A stretch of DNA of 64,000 nucleotides from positions 96,001 through 160,000 of the forward strand of contig JAZSKX010000017.1 of the NCBI GenBank assembly GCA_045535075.1, in the 5' to 3' direction. Positions 21,068-31,575 of the stretch are shown one piece after another. The stretch's first letter is position 1; the number at the start of each line of letters is the position of its first letter. Made by a program: the position numbers and the translations under genes. Source of the DNA: Candidatus Spyradenecus sp. (GTDB lineage Bacteria > Verrucomicrobiota > Verrucomicrobiia > Opitutales > UBA953). The notes under the pieces are model-generated. The model was not told the origin of the DNA. It saw only the letters and a list, made by a program, of their open reading frames with translations, and did no database searches.

Positions 21068-22437
21068 AACTCTCGCGTTGGGGGCTTTGCGCCGTTTTAC
21101 TCGCGTGCATATCCGTTACTTTGTCTGCCGTCGTTTGGCTCGGGAAAAACGTCTTTGAAACCTATTCAACCCGCGACACGGAGATTGCCGCCGCGCGAGT
21201 TATTGAACTTACGCACACTTGGGAAACGGCAATCTTTCACGATTGGAGCAATTGTATTGAAAAATTAAATACGATTTCCCCGAAAGATTTTTCCGAATCA
21301 AGCGTCCGGGCGATTACGGAAAAAACGCGCTTTCGCTTCCCGGCGCGCATCGAAGAAAAAGCGTCGGCCGATGCACCCGAAAGCGCCGACAACAAGTTTT
21401 CGGTTTTGCGGGAAAACGGTTTTTATATTTTGCAGCGAAAAACACGACAACACGGCATTCAACGCATTGTGTTTGAAGAAAATGCACTTTTTGAATCAAT
21501 CGGCAAGTACGCCGCGCAAACAATTTCCCGCCTCGAAAATGCATCTCTGAGCCTTGTTTCGGTTCCCGCCGAACGAGGATTCGGAATCGTTCGCGAGCTT
21601 CCCGGAGCAAAGCTGGAAATTAAACTCGGTGCGCGAAAGCATGCGGATTCCGTAGCGGCAAAGCACGCGGTTTGGCTCGCCGCTTTCGGAATTTGCGTGA
21701 TGCTCGGAGCTATTTTCTTTTTAGCAATGCGCGTTTTTTCGTTGAGCGAGAAGCGATATCTTTTTGCATTCGCCATCTCACATGAATTAAAAACGCCGCT
21801 TGCCGAATTGCGCGCCTGCGCGGAAACGGCAATCGAGCTTTCCCGCGAAAACGCTGTACGCAAAGAGCTCGCAACCATCGACCGCAGTTCACGGGAACTA
21901 AGCGCCATTGTCGAAAACCTCCTGATTTTTTCACGTATGAAAAACGGGAATCTGCATTTCTCATTGACGGAATTTACCGTCGAAGATGTCTTTTCCCGAA
22001 TTTTTGATCGCATTGCCGAACGCCTGATTTCCGTCGACGCCGACGCGTTTTTCGAAATTGCGCCGAGCGTACGGGAACGCCGCCTTCAAACATCCATCGA
22101 AATGCTCGGGCGCATCTTGTTTAACCTTGCCGACAATGCCGCGAAATACGGTTGCCGAGATCTCGAAGAAAACACCGTTACATTTCGAGTCCACGCAAAC
22201 GCGAACAAACTCTGCATTGATGTCGAAGATAAAGGATTCGGGATTCCGGAAAAATTTCGCTCCCGTATTTTTAGAGCGTTTGAGCGCGGGAACGCCAAAC
22301 ATGAGGCGCGCGGCCTCGGGCTCGGGCTGACGATTTCCGAGCAGTCGGCAAAATTGCTCGGCGGTAAACTCATTTTACTGAAATCCGACCGGACGGGAAC
22401 AACTTTCCGGCTCGAGCTTCCGCTTCTGAATTTCTAA
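21064..22437 (+). CDS. Sensor histidine kinase
   Basis: Two TM segments; SHELKTPL H-box; NLADNAAKY, DKGFGI, GLGLGL. Confidence 0.93.
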   Translation: MKLSRWGLCAVLLACISVTLSAVVWLGKNVFETYSTRDTEIAAARVIELTHTWETAIFHDWSNCIEKLNTISPKDFSESSVRAITEKTRFRFPARIEEKASADAPESADNKFSVLRENGFYILQRKTRQHGIQRIVFEENALFESIGKYAAQTISRLENASLSLVSVPAERGFGIVRELPGAKLEIKLGARKHADSVAAKHAVWLAAFGICVMLGAIFFLAMRVFSLSEKRYLFAFAISHELKTPLAELRACAETAIELSRENAVRKELATIDRSSRELSAIVENLLIFSRMKNGNLHFSLTEFTVEDVFSRIFDRIAERLISVDADAFFEIAPSVRERRLQTSIEMLGRILFNLADNAAKYGCRDLEENTVTFRVHANANKLCIDVEDKGFGIPEKFRSRIFRAFERGNAKHEARGLGLGLTISEQSAKLLGGKLILLKSDRTGTTFRLELPLLNF

Positions 22438-22454
22438 TCTGATTCTACCACTCC

Positions 22455-23141
22455 ATGCTTCACTTGCTCTATATCGAAGACAACGCCACAATTCGCAAGC
22501 GTGTCGCCAATACTCTTCGCGGGAACGACTTTACCGTTTCGGAAATCGCAACGGCGGCGGAGGCAATGTCTGCATTCGAAAAAAAAACGTTTGATCTGGT
22601 ACTGCTTGATTTGCTCTTGCCGGACGGGAACGGGATCGACCTGCTAAAAAAATTACGTCTCGGGAAAAACGCAAACGTTCCCGTCATTATCATTTCCGCA
22701 TTGGGCGAAAATATCGACGCGCGTGTTTCCGGGCTTGATGCCGGAGCAAATGATTATCTTTCCAAACCGTTCAGCGTGCGGGAGCTTATCGCGCGCATTC
22801 GCGCTGTCATGCGAAGTGCCACGCCGGCGAGCGAGAGCCTGATTCCGTCGTTCATACAGCTCAACGGCGGCAAACTGAATTTGCAACATCCCTGCATTCT
22901 GCGAGACGACGGCAGCCAAATCCAACTGAGCATGAAAGAATTTTGTCTGTTCCGTTATTTTGCGGAACATCCGAAACGAATCATTTCCATCGAGGAAATT
23001 TTAACTCAAGTTTGGAAATTAAACCCTCCGGCAACGGCAACCGCCAGCCCCGTTGTTCTGATTTCCCGCCTTCGAAAAAAGACGGAAGGGCTTTGCGTCA
23101 TCGAAGTCGTGCGCGGGAACGGCTATCGGTTTTCGTTTTAA
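22455..23141 (+). CDS. OmpR-family response regulator
   Basis: IED, LLDLLLPDGNG, GANDYLSKPF, winged helix ending VRGNGYRF. Confidence 0.95.
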   Translation: MLHLLYIEDNATIRKRVANTLRGNDFTVSEIATAAEAMSAFEKKTFDLVLLDLLLPDGNGIDLLKKLRLGKNANVPVIIISALGENIDARVSGLDAGANDYLSKPFSVRELIARIRAVMRSATPASESLIPSFIQLNGGKLNLQHPCILRDDGSQIQLSMKEFCLFRYFAEHPKRIISIEEILTQVWKLNPPATATASPVVLISRLRKKTEGLCVIEVVRGNGYRFSF

Positions 23142-23158
23142 CACTTCCGAGCAGCCGT

Positions 23159-23662
23159 CTAGATCCCAAGGTCCGCTCGCATGAAATCGACAACTTGCTT
23201 GAAGCGTGCGACATTTTCCGGATTCGCGCCCATCAGCGTCTCGTGCGCCTGCAGGATGGTATGATTTGTCGCCGGAGAAATGCCCTGCTCGCTTGAAGCC
23301 CCGTCCGCGAGAATCGTTTCCGTTCCCGCCGCCACAGCGTCGCCGGGAATATACGTCATTAGCGAGCAAAGCCCGAGATTTTCGACGACTTCGGCAATGC
23401 GCGCACTGCAACGTTGCATAATGAGCTCTGCTCCGCGGGCGCTCAGATCGCCGGCGGCTCCCGCGATTAATCCGAGCACGGTGCTGTCCACGCCATCGCA
23501 ATGTTTCATGTCGAGAATCAGGCGCTTAACGGCATCGTTTTTCCCGATTTTTTCGAGAAATTCTCCAAATTCTCTGCAAGTGGTATAGACGGCGCGTCCG
23601 TGAATGGAGACGACGACGGAATCGCCTAATGCGGCGACGAGGTATTGAGTATTTCCGGGCAT
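23159..23662 (-). CDS. STAS domain anti-sigma factor antagonist
   Basis: LILDMKHCDGVDSTVLGLI STAS phosphoserine motif. Confidence 0.88.
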   Translation of the reverse strand: MPGNTQYLVAALGDSVVVSIHGRAVYTTCREFGEFLEKIGKNDAVKRLILDMKHCDGVDSTVLGLIAGAAGDLSARGAELIMQRCSARIAEVVENLGLCSLMTYIPGDAVAAGTETILADGASSEQGISPATNHTILQAHETLMGANPENVARFKQVVDFMRADLGI

Positions 23663-23682
23663 TTTAGAGTGAGGGGTAAAAT

Positions 23683-25845
23683 TTATTGAATCGGCGCGGG
23701 AACGGTTTGGACCGGCTCGTTTTCGACGGGAGCCGGAACCGGAATTTCGGGAATATCCTTCGAGAAATCACGCGCGAAAGTCAGTTTGTGAATTGCATCG
23801 ATAAAAGATTGCTTCATTCGGAAAACACAATTTTGCTCCGGGCTTCCGGCGAGCTGGAACGTCCCGCCGAGGCGCTTTGTTAAATAATATACATAAACTT
23901 CCGGTTTTTGCGATGTCGCGGGAAGTATTTCAATTTCGAGTTTCCACCGCCAAGTTTCGGCGCGACCGGAGTCGAGATAATCATATTTAAAATTCGGGGA
24001 AAACGCGTCGGGCAAAAACGCTTCCGCGTCAAGATGCGTCACGCATTTGGCGAGAGCCAATGTTTCCGCAGAAACGACATCGTTTTTAAGTGCGAGATGC
24101 GCCATCCAATCGGTAACATCCTTCGGGCATTCTTCGGCGTAAACGGTCTTTTCGGGGGAAACGGAAATATCGGTCAGCTTTATCGAAAGCAACTTCGCAT
24201 TTGCAGGCATGCGGTAAATCGTACGTTCGCGGAAATCGCAGGGCTGAATCGAAAGCGCTTCGACGATTTTAGAATCAATCGTATAAATCGCATTTTCGAG
24301 TTTCGCGTGATAGGGGAAACCGGGCGCAATCGGAGCAGCAATCGCAAGCTCGATAGTCCGCGCCGGTTCGGAATTTTTCGGAGACGCGTCCAGCTCCAAA
24401 TTGACGGTCCGCAAAGGCTCATCAAACCCGAGTTCCTTCCGGTCGCTGTCCGTTGCATTGTCCGTAACAAATGCTTGGAAAAGCTTCCTTTGGGCGGAAG
24501 AAGATTTTGCATTTGCGGGAACAGGCATGTTAACCGCCCGCAGGTTTCTCAGCTCTTCGACGAGCTGTTTGATCGCGGCGGGATCGACGGTTGTCGCGCT
24601 CGTTACAAGCGAACCGGTTGAAACCGGCATCTGCCAAGCGGCGTAAATTGCGTCTCCGTTTGCGGGAACAGCGGGAACGGGCGTCTCAACGGCTCCAAGC
24701 ATTCCGCTTGCGTCCGAACCGAGTTCAACCGCTCCGGTGTCAACGGCTTTGGGAGCTTCCGTTCCGCTTGCCGACGAATTCGTGCGATAGAGTTCAAGGG
24801 AATTTTCCCGGGCATGAATTTTTACGGCTCGAAGCAATTCCGGTTCGAATTTCAGGAAACGCGGTTCCCGCAGCTCTGCGACGGTCGCGCCCACATTGTT
24901 CCACGATTCCACGGCGGTAGCGGGAATCGTAAAAATTGCGTCGTTCCCGTCAAGCTTCGCGTAAAGTTCCGTTTTATCCGCAGGATTAACGTTCCCGACG
25001 AGCAAGCTTTGCGAGCGCATCGCTCCGTAAAAAGAAAATCGCATCGTCGGAGATTTGAGCCCGGAAGCTTCCAAAAGAGCAAGATCGCCGACGGGAAAGC
25101 TTTTAAATTTAAGCTCTGTCAAAGCTTTAAGCCGTTGTTCGACTTTTTGAGCTTCGGCATCGGCAGCGATCGGCGTTTCAAGGCGCCAGCCGTATTCGAT
25201 TTTTCCGTCGTTCCCGGATTCACGGCGCGTCCTCGCCAGCCCGATACGTTGCTCGTGACCGCCTTTTGCCTCAATGCGAACGGCAAAAGAGCGCACCTCG
25301 TAATTCGCCATGGAAAAAACTTCCGGAGAACGGAAATCATCAAGTTTTTTGGAAAGACTTTTCAGCAACGACGTTTTCGCAAGAATAATCTGCTTCCCGT
25401 CGGGAGAAAGCACGTAGACGCCGCGCGCGTCCGGCGTTTCCTTCCCGATTTTGAGGGTATGCGTTCCCGCGTCGTCGGAAACCGCGAGCGTCAACACCGG
25501 ATTTTCCAATCCGTAATCGGCAAGCGAGCTTCCGGCGGTTTTGGCTTCCTCAACGGAGAAGCTTCCTTCGTCGCCGAGAAATCGCAAATCGTTGAGTAGC
25601 GGATTCACGACAAAGGGATTTGCCGGCCATGTGTAAGGCTCGGTAATAAACCAATCCTTCTTACGAAGTTCCAATAGGAAGCCCTTGCCGAGAGTCGTTC
25701 CGGAAACTGCGATTTTTGAAATTCCTGCAGAAAAAAGCGAACGACTGACGCTTCCCGCAACCTCGGTTTTGCCGGATTCGTGTAAAATTAATCCGAAGGT
25801 CAGAATATTCGCGACGAGAAGAAAAACGGTAAGTTTAAAACGCAT
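23683..25845 (-). CDS. DUF4340 domain protein
   Basis: LADYGLENP-type repeats; downstream of GldG-like gene. Confidence 0.75.
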   Translation of the reverse strand: MRFKLTVFLLVANILTFGLILHESGKTEVAGSVSRSLFSAGISKIAVSGTTLGKGFLLELRKKDWFITEPYTWPANPFVVNPLLNDLRFLGDEGSFSVEEAKTAGSSLADYGLENPVLTLAVSDDAGTHTLKIGKETPDARGVYVLSPDGKQIILAKTSLLKSLSKKLDDFRSPEVFSMANYEVRSFAVRIEAKGGHEQRIGLARTRRESGNDGKIEYGWRLETPIAADAEAQKVEQRLKALTELKFKSFPVGDLALLEASGLKSPTMRFSFYGAMRSQSLLVGNVNPADKTELYAKLDGNDAIFTIPATAVESWNNVGATVAELREPRFLKFEPELLRAVKIHARENSLELYRTNSSASGTEAPKAVDTGAVELGSDASGMLGAVETPVPAVPANGDAIYAAWQMPVSTGSLVTSATTVDPAAIKQLVEELRNLRAVNMPVPANAKSSSAQRKLFQAFVTDNATDSDRKELGFDEPLRTVNLELDASPKNSEPARTIELAIAAPIAPGFPYHAKLENAIYTIDSKIVEALSIQPCDFRERTIYRMPANAKLLSIKLTDISVSPEKTVYAEECPKDVTDWMAHLALKNDVVSAETLALAKCVTHLDAEAFLPDAFSPNFKYDYLDSGRAETWRWKLEIEILPATSQKPEVYVYYLTKRLGGTFQLAGSPEQNCVFRMKQSFIDAIHKLTFARDFSKDIPEIPVPAPVENEPVQTVPAPIQ

Positions 25846-25857
25846 TTTATTAAAAAA

Positions 25858-27471
25858 TTAATTTCTACGACGCCAAATTGCGACAAGGAGCCCCAAGAAA
25901 ATCACTCCTGCGGGAACGGCGGCAAACGCCCACCCGACGCGCATTAAATCCGGCATCGAAACGTTGAGATTAAAATCGGAAATCGGACGCGGCGGAATGT
26001 TTAAGTAAACTTCCCGGTCGACGAGCCAATTGACAATATTGAGCAAAAACGCCTTGTTCCCGCCGTTTTCAAGCTGAGCATTGGAAGCCAAATCCGCCGC
26101 TCCGAGCACGACAAGACGCCCGCCCGGAATCGCAAAGCCCAAGCGCATTCCCGCAATCCGCTCCGACACGGCGGCGACGCAAACCGGACCGGGAATGTCG
26201 CCGCGGTTTTCGTTGTAGGTATAAGGCGGAAGGCGATAATCACGCTCGCCCCAACTCGACGGCGTATCCCCCGAAATGCCGTTGGAGGAAAATACAAGCT
26301 GTGTAACTTTGCGCGTCGCGTCTTCCTGAGAACCGATATCTTTGCGGACTTCACGGAACTGCGACGCGACAAGCGGGATTTTCTGATTGGCAAGGATTTC
26401 GGAAAGTTTGTGCGGCTCGGCGCCGATAAGACTCATCGCCACGTTCCCGTTGTACTGCAATTTCGACGCGTCCGTTTCGACAACGAAATTATCCATGAGC
26501 TGGATTCCCCAGTCGAAAAGCAAATCATCGAGCCCGGGATTTACGCCGGGGCCCGTCAGCAACAGCACGCGCCCGTTGCGTTCCCGCAGGTAACGCGCGA
26601 TTTTTTCTTCATTTCGCGGACTAATCGGAATACGGGGATTCGCGATTAGAAGCATTGACGCATCGGCGGGAACGTCTTCGTAGCGCGAAAGCTCCAAGGG
26701 GACGAGTTTAATTTGGCGCCCGCGCAGTTGGTCGGCAAACGCGGAAAGGCCGAATCGACGGTCCGTCCCGTCAATCGCGGCTTCGCCGTCGCCGACAAGC
26801 GAATAGACGACGGGAACGGTATTGTCGGCGACTTTAAGAATCGCAGACATCAGGGCTTCCTCGCCGCGAAACGCATCGACGTCGTTAGGGTTGTTTGCGG
26901 CGTCGCGTTTAATCTTAAGCAAATCTCCGGAACTAATCGTACTGCACCGCGTACGGGAAAGAACGACAATCGCCGTATTGTCGGCAATTCGCGTCGTTCC
27001 CGTCGTACTTTTCTTTTCAATCTCCGCCGCAAGCCGCGTATTTTTTTGCAAATCGGTCTCTTCGAAACGAATAAACCCCGGAACGTTGAACGAATTCGCC
27101 TTGTACTTAAAATTGTCCACCAATCCGATAATGCGGCGGCGCATCATATTTTTGACATAAGCTTCTTCTCGGGAATCACCGGCGCTAGCCTGCGGGAAGG
27201 TAACCACAACCCGAATCCACGGATTCCCTGCAGTTGTGTCGGCGGGAGCCTTTTTTACCAACGACTCCAAAAACATCCCCGTTTCAAGGGAAAGCGTGTG
27301 GCTTTTGTGTTCGTCGAGATCCCACCGCGCCTGAAACGCGGGAAGTGCCGCGAGATAATTGAGCCCTCCGACCAAAAGCACGGCGAGGATAATTTGCGCG
27401 AAGAGATTAAGCCCGCGGAAAAGGCGAACGGTTTTAAAATCTTCAAACTTAAAAAAACGAAACCGCTTCAT
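25858..27471 (-). CDS. GldG-family ABC transporter auxiliary component
   Basis: RWDLDEHKSHTLS, FRGEEALMSAI, GNKAFLLNIVNWL, C-terminal TM + WRRR; start approximate. Confidence 0.85.
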   Translation of the reverse strand: MKRFRFFKFEDFKTVRLFRGLNLFAQIILAVLLVGGLNYLAALPAFQARWDLDEHKSHTLSLETGMFLESLVKKAPADTTAGNPWIRVVVTFPQASAGDSREEAYVKNMMRRRIIGLVDNFKYKANSFNVPGFIRFEETDLQKNTRLAAEIEKKSTTGTTRIADNTAIVVLSRTRCSTISSGDLLKIKRDAANNPNDVDAFRGEEALMSAILKVADNTVPVVYSLVGDGEAAIDGTDRRFGLSAFADQLRGRQIKLVPLELSRYEDVPADASMLLIANPRIPISPRNEEKIARYLRERNGRVLLLTGPGVNPGLDDLLFDWGIQLMDNFVVETDASKLQYNGNVAMSLIGAEPHKLSEILANQKIPLVASQFREVRKDIGSQEDATRKVTQLVFSSNGISGDTPSSWGERDYRLPPYTYNENRGDIPGPVCVAAVSERIAGMRLGFAIPGGRLVVLGAADLASNAQLENGGNKAFLLNIVNWLVDREVYLNIPPRPISDFNLNVSMPDLMRVGWAFAAVPAGVIFLGLLVAIWRRRN

Positions 27472-27481
27472 CAGAGCCCCT

Positions 27482-28249
27482 CTATGCTTTCGATTCGACA
27501 TTGATTACAGTCAGTCCAAGCGCCAACGCCGCGCCGCTCACAAACAGGAAAAACGGACGCGAATCAATCAACCCGCCGTAGAAATTTTCCAGATGCTTAA
27601 ACGTTCGCAGATACTCTGCGGGCGATTGCAACCAGGCAAGCGACTCATAAACATCCAGCGGGAGCATTTGCAAAAGCCCGCCCGCGACGATGAGGATGAA
27701 GAGCGCACACGACGTCAGCAGTCCCGCAACGAGCATACTGCGCGTAAGACTGCTTGCGAGAATTCCCGCCGCGATGTAAAGCAATCCGCTGAGAGCGACG
27801 AAAAGCGCCCCGCCTTTGAGCGAACTCAAGGCGAGCAAGCGCGGATCCGGGCAAAAATCCTTCAGCATCCACCATGCAATCACGGGAAAAAGCAAGGCAA
27901 GCGCCCACAAAACAATGTAGAGAAAATACGCGGCAGCGAATTTTCCCATGACAATGGCAAACGGGCTTGTCGGCGTCGTCATCAGAGCGCCGAGCGTTCC
28001 CGCGCGGCGTTCTTCCGCGAACGAACGCATCGTAATCAGCGGAACAAGAATGAAAAGCGGCACCCAAAACAGATAGAAATAGCTTTCGACGGGAAGCATT
28101 TCCAAGCCTTTTTGCATCGTCGCCTGCTGGAGCGCGAACCAATAAATCCCGCCCATCAGACAAAGAAACAGCGTTCCCGCAACATACGTTGACGGCGTGA
28201 TAAAAAGCAACCGAAGTTCGTGTCGGAAAAGTGTTAGAAAGTGCTTCAT
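27482..28249 (-). CDS. ABC-2 type permease (GldF-like)
   Basis: LITMRSFAEERRAGTL...TTP motif; about 6 TM helices. Confidence 0.9.
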   Translation of the reverse strand: MKHFLTLFRHELRLLFITPSTYVAGTLFLCLMGGIYWFALQQATMQKGLEMLPVESYFYLFWVPLFILVPLITMRSFAEERRAGTLGALMTTPTSPFAIVMGKFAAAYFLYIVLWALALLFPVIAWWMLKDFCPDPRLLALSSLKGGALFVALSGLLYIAAGILASSLTRSMLVAGLLTSCALFILIVAGGLLQMLPLDVYESLAWLQSPAEYLRTFKHLENFYGGLIDSRPFFLFVSGAALALGLTVINVESKA

Positions 28250-29232
28250 GCCTTGTTCGGAATAGTGTCCACAATATCGTAAGTGCGCCGCGTCGCAGCG
28301 ATGAAAATATCTTCAAGACTCGGAATACATTCGTGAAATTCGAAAACCCGGATTCCCGACGCACGTATCTTCTCGAGAAAATCGCCGCCCGTGTTTTCCG
28401 CGGGAACTTGCGCAACAAAGCGTTGCGGCGTTCCCGTAGCCGGAAGCTCCTCGACGGAACCGATGCCGAACGCATCCTTCAACTGCTCCTTCGACGCCTC
28501 GGCAACAATTTCAAAACGCCGCGTCTTCACAAATTCCCGACGCAAATCTTCAGGCGTTCCCGAAGCAACAATGTGCCCTTGGTTGATGATGATGACGCGG
28601 TCGCAGACGTTCTCGATTTCGGGAAGGATGTGCGAAGAAATCAACACAGCTTTTTTCCCGCGTAAGCTACGGATGAGCGAACGGATTCCCAGAATCTGGT
28701 GCGGGTCAAGCCCGATAGTCGGTTCATCAAGAATGATAACATCCGGCTCGGAAAGTAACGCATCCGCGATTCCGACGCGTTGGCGAAATCCTTTCGAGAG
28801 CGAGCCGATTAACTTGCGCCGGGCGCTTCGTGCGAGGTCGCAAGCCGCCATCACGGATTCGACGCGGGAACGCAATTCCTTCTCGGGAACGTCTTTCAGG
28901 CGCGCGCGCCAACGCAGATACTCGATAACGCGCAATTCCTCCGGCAAAGGATTGTTTTCCGGCATATACCCGAGATGCGATTTCGTATGAAACGCGTCCC
29001 GCGAAACCGAAATGCCGCAAATGCGCGCAACCCCGGAATTCGCCGGCTGGAGCCCGGCAAGGATGCGCATCGTCGTCGATTTTCCCGCTCCGTTCGGACC
29101 GAGAAACCCGACGACTTCACCGCGTTTCACGGTAAAAGAAACATCGGAAATTGCCTTGTACGCGCCGTAATTTTTACAAAGCCCGCGAACATAAATGGCA
29201 TTTTCGGCAGCGCTTTTTTCGGGATCGCTCAT
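28246..29232 (-). CDS. ABC transporter ATP-binding protein (GldA-like)
   Basis: GPNGAGKST, LSKGFRQRVG, ILDEPT, SSHIL. Confidence 0.95.
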   Translation of the reverse strand: MSDPEKSAAENAIYVRGLCKNYGAYKAISDVSFTVKRGEVVGFLGPNGAGKSTTMRILAGLQPANSGVARICGISVSRDAFHTKSHLGYMPENNPLPEELRVIEYLRWRARLKDVPEKELRSRVESVMAACDLARSARRKLIGSLSKGFRQRVGIADALLSEPDVIILDEPTIGLDPHQILGIRSLIRSLRGKKAVLISSHILPEIENVCDRVIIINQGHIVASGTPEDLRREFVKTRRFEIVAEASKEQLKDAFGIGSVEELPATGTPQRFVAQVPAENTGGDFLEKIRASGIRVFEFHECIPSLEDIFIAATRRTYDIVDTIPNKA

Positions 29233-29244
29233 GATGCGGAAAAA

Positions 29245-29997
29245 TTATTGCCGGGTTTCGGGAGCGGACGGCTCCGAAGCGGCTTCGATGAGGCGCGGAT
29301 CAATGCGAAGAAGACTTTGCTTCTGCGCATGCCACATATTTTGCGGCGAAAGCGCGCGATCCATCTCGTTGAGCCAGGTGCGCGCGGTGTCTAAATCATC
29401 CTTGGCAAGCGCAGTTACGGCGAGATTATACATCGCCTGCCCTCGAATCGTTTCGTCCGTTTCGAGCGTTCCCGCGAGCGCCGCAAGTAGCGCAAGCGCT
29501 TCGTCCTGCTTGCCGAGTTTTTGAAGCGAGGCGGCTTCAGCGAGCTTTGCGCGATCACGCGGCATCGCGAATTCCGTTCCCGCAAGCGCCGCAAAAACAG
29601 TCGCAGCTGAGCGGTAATCTTCAGCGGCTTCGGCGTATTTTCCTTCACGGAAAAGATTGTTGCCGAGCGCAAAGAAAATCGTTCCCGCCATCGGATCCGC
29701 CGTATTCTCACACGCAAACGCACGCCGTTCGTCGTCGGTCTTCAAGGCGGCGTAATCGTTTTGCAAAGAAACCACATGCATCTTTTTTGCCTGCGTGTAA
29801 ACAATCACCGCAAGCGCCGCAAAGAAAATCAACGTTGCAATCGCAATCGTTTTCTTCCCGTGGCGACGCCAAAAGAGCCAAACTTTATCTTCAAAATCGG
29901 CATCCTGAAAATCGTCATCGACCAAAACCAAATTGCGGTCGTCGCCGGCAGAACCCTTAAATTTTTGTTTTTCGTTACGGATAGCTTTTTTTGCCAT
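29245..29997 (-). CDS. Membrane-anchored TPR protein (YfgM-like)
   Basis: FWRRHGK + single TM + helical TPR-like repeats. Confidence 0.7.
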   Translation of the reverse strand: MAKKAIRNEKQKFKGSAGDDRNLVLVDDDFQDADFEDKVWLFWRRHGKKTIAIATLIFFAALAVIVYTQAKKMHVVSLQNDYAALKTDDERRAFACENTADPMAGTIFFALGNNLFREGKYAEAAEDYRSAATVFAALAGTEFAMPRDRAKLAEAASLQKLGKQDEALALLAALAGTLETDETIRGQAMYNLAVTALAKDDLDTARTWLNEMDRALSPQNMWHAQKQSLLRIDPRLIEAASEPSAPETRQ

Positions 29998-30248
29998 AAA
30001 AATAGAAACTTTCTGATTCCTAATAAAACATTCCAAAAGCCCGCTCCCGTCAATAGAACGTTTGCGGGAACGAAGTGTTTGCGGGCAAGCAGACTTCGCC
30101 TGTTGAAGCCGGCATAAGACGAGAAGAAGAGACGGCAGGTTTTGCGTGGCAAATTCTGTGAAAACAAAGACAAATCACGCATTTAGAAGAGCAACGCGTT
30201 ATCCGTTTTGGAGCGGTCTTTCCCGAAACGTTTCATTGCATTATGAAA

Positions 30249-30277
30249 CGTTCCCGCAGGAAGGTCCTACGGGAACG
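30249..30277. terminator. Motif-pair hairpin downstream of the third PEP-CTERM gene
   Basis: cgttcccgcagga aggtcc tacgggaacg. Confidence 0.7.
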
Positions 30278-30309
30278 CACTTAATTATTACGAATTAATA
30301 CATCAAAAA

Positions 30310-30968
30310 TTATTTGCGGCGGCGTGTGCCGACGAACAGTAACGCGCTCAAGCCCGCAAGCAAACCGAACGCCGACGGCTCGGGAACGGCGGTAACGTTC
30401 AAGCGAATCCACGGGAGATAGTCTGAGGAGCCTCCGGTATAACCGACACCCGAATTATTGTCATCGACTTTTTTACTCCAAAGATAATACGCAGGATCTC
30501 CGCTCTCGGCGACAAATTTGAATGTGTAAGTTTTGTCGGTTTCGAGAATGAGACCGTCAAAACTAAACGTTGAGGCATATCCTCCGGCATTATTACTGTC
30601 ATTCGCCCCCGAAGCCGCTTGTGCCGTGAGAATCTCTTTTGACTTAGCGATTAATTCTTCTCCATCGAAAACCTCTATTTTTGTCGCGTTCGCCTCAGTG
30701 GAATCGTAGTAACCGCCAGATGCGGTCAAATTGAGCTGAATCCCGTTCAAATAGTAATCAAGAGAAGAATCAATTTTAAAATCTGCGGAACTATTGTCCG
30801 TGAATCCGCTCCAACCAAGGGAAAGCGTGAACGCATTTCCGGAATTTTTTATCCAAACATTGGTTCCGGAAGTACCGGATTCCGTTCGTCCGATATAGTC
30901 AACGGATTCCGCGTTCGCAAAAGCGGTTCCCGTTGCAAGGAGAGCCGCAAGTGTAATGATTTTTTCAT
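30310..30968 (-). pseudogene. PEP-CTERM surface protein, frameshifted in the A-run after the start codon (phase-OFF allele, pseudogene or assembly error)
   Basis: ATG at 30968 is followed by A6; A7 would give MKKIITLAALLATGTAFANA in frame with VPEPSAFGLLAGLSALLFVGTRRRK; span 659 nt is one short of a multiple of 3. Confidence 0.85.
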
Positions 30969-31001
30969 AGTTTTCTGAGTTGTGTTATTAAAAAAGGTCT
31001 T

Positions 31002-31027
31002 ATTTTACCCCCCCTAAAAGTTGTCAA
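31002..31027 (-). promoter_or_regulatory. Sigma70-type promoter with G7 tract in the spacer (candidate phase-variable)
   Basis: Minus strand TTGACA-actttta-GGGGGGG-TAAAAT; 14-nt spacer; same architecture as 7468-7494. Confidence 0.75.
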
Positions 31028-31193
31028 TTACCATTTTGAAGCGTTTCAAGGGACATTTTGCACGAGCGAATCAGGCTTCAATTTTCGAATAAAATCCGCG
31101 CGTTCCCGCGCGTTTCAAAGGCGAAAAATTTCCGCGTCCATGCGCAGGAACACGAAAAAGCCCGCGAACCTTTGATTCGCGGGCTTTTGAAAG

Positions 31194-31271
31194 TGGCGCC
31201 CCTTCAGGGATTCGAACCCTGGTCGCCTCAGTGAAAGCGAGGTGTCCTAGGCCGGGCTAGACGAAAGGGGC
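31194..31271 (-). tRNA. tRNA-Glu (TTC)
   Basis: GCCCCTTTCGTCTAG...CCTCG CTTTCAC TGAGG...GGTTCGAATCC...GGGGCGCCA. Confidence 0.95.
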
Positions 31272-31416
31272 GTTTTGTTCAAACGCGTTGTTTAAACTGT
31301 GAGAAAGAGCATCGCATAAAATTTATTTCTCGTCAACTAAAAATTAAAAAATATTTTTACATTAAAATTGTTGACAGTTTCGCGTATTTCAGTTCTGATG
31401 AGAAATACATTTTTGA

Positions 31417-31491
31417 TGCCCAGTAGCTCAGCGGAAGAGCAGTTGACTGTTAATCAATTGGTCGTAGGTTCGATCCCTACCTGGGCAGCCA
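31417..31491 (+). tRNA. tRNA-Asn (GTT)
   Basis: TGCCCAGTAGCTCAG...GTTGA CTGTTAA TCAAT...GGTTCGATCC...CTGGGCAGCCA. Confidence 0.96.
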
Positions 31492-31575
31492 CTTTTAAGC
31501 CTGCGTTTTGCAGGCTTTTTTGTTTGCGATTTGCCTTTAAGCATTTCCCTTCTCGGCGTAGCGTTAACGGGTAGT

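Noticed and set aside
23683..29232. GldA/F/G-like operon as evidence of gliding motility
   Set aside because: This ABC module with DUF4340 is widespread in non-gliding bacteria; no other gld/spr genes are present
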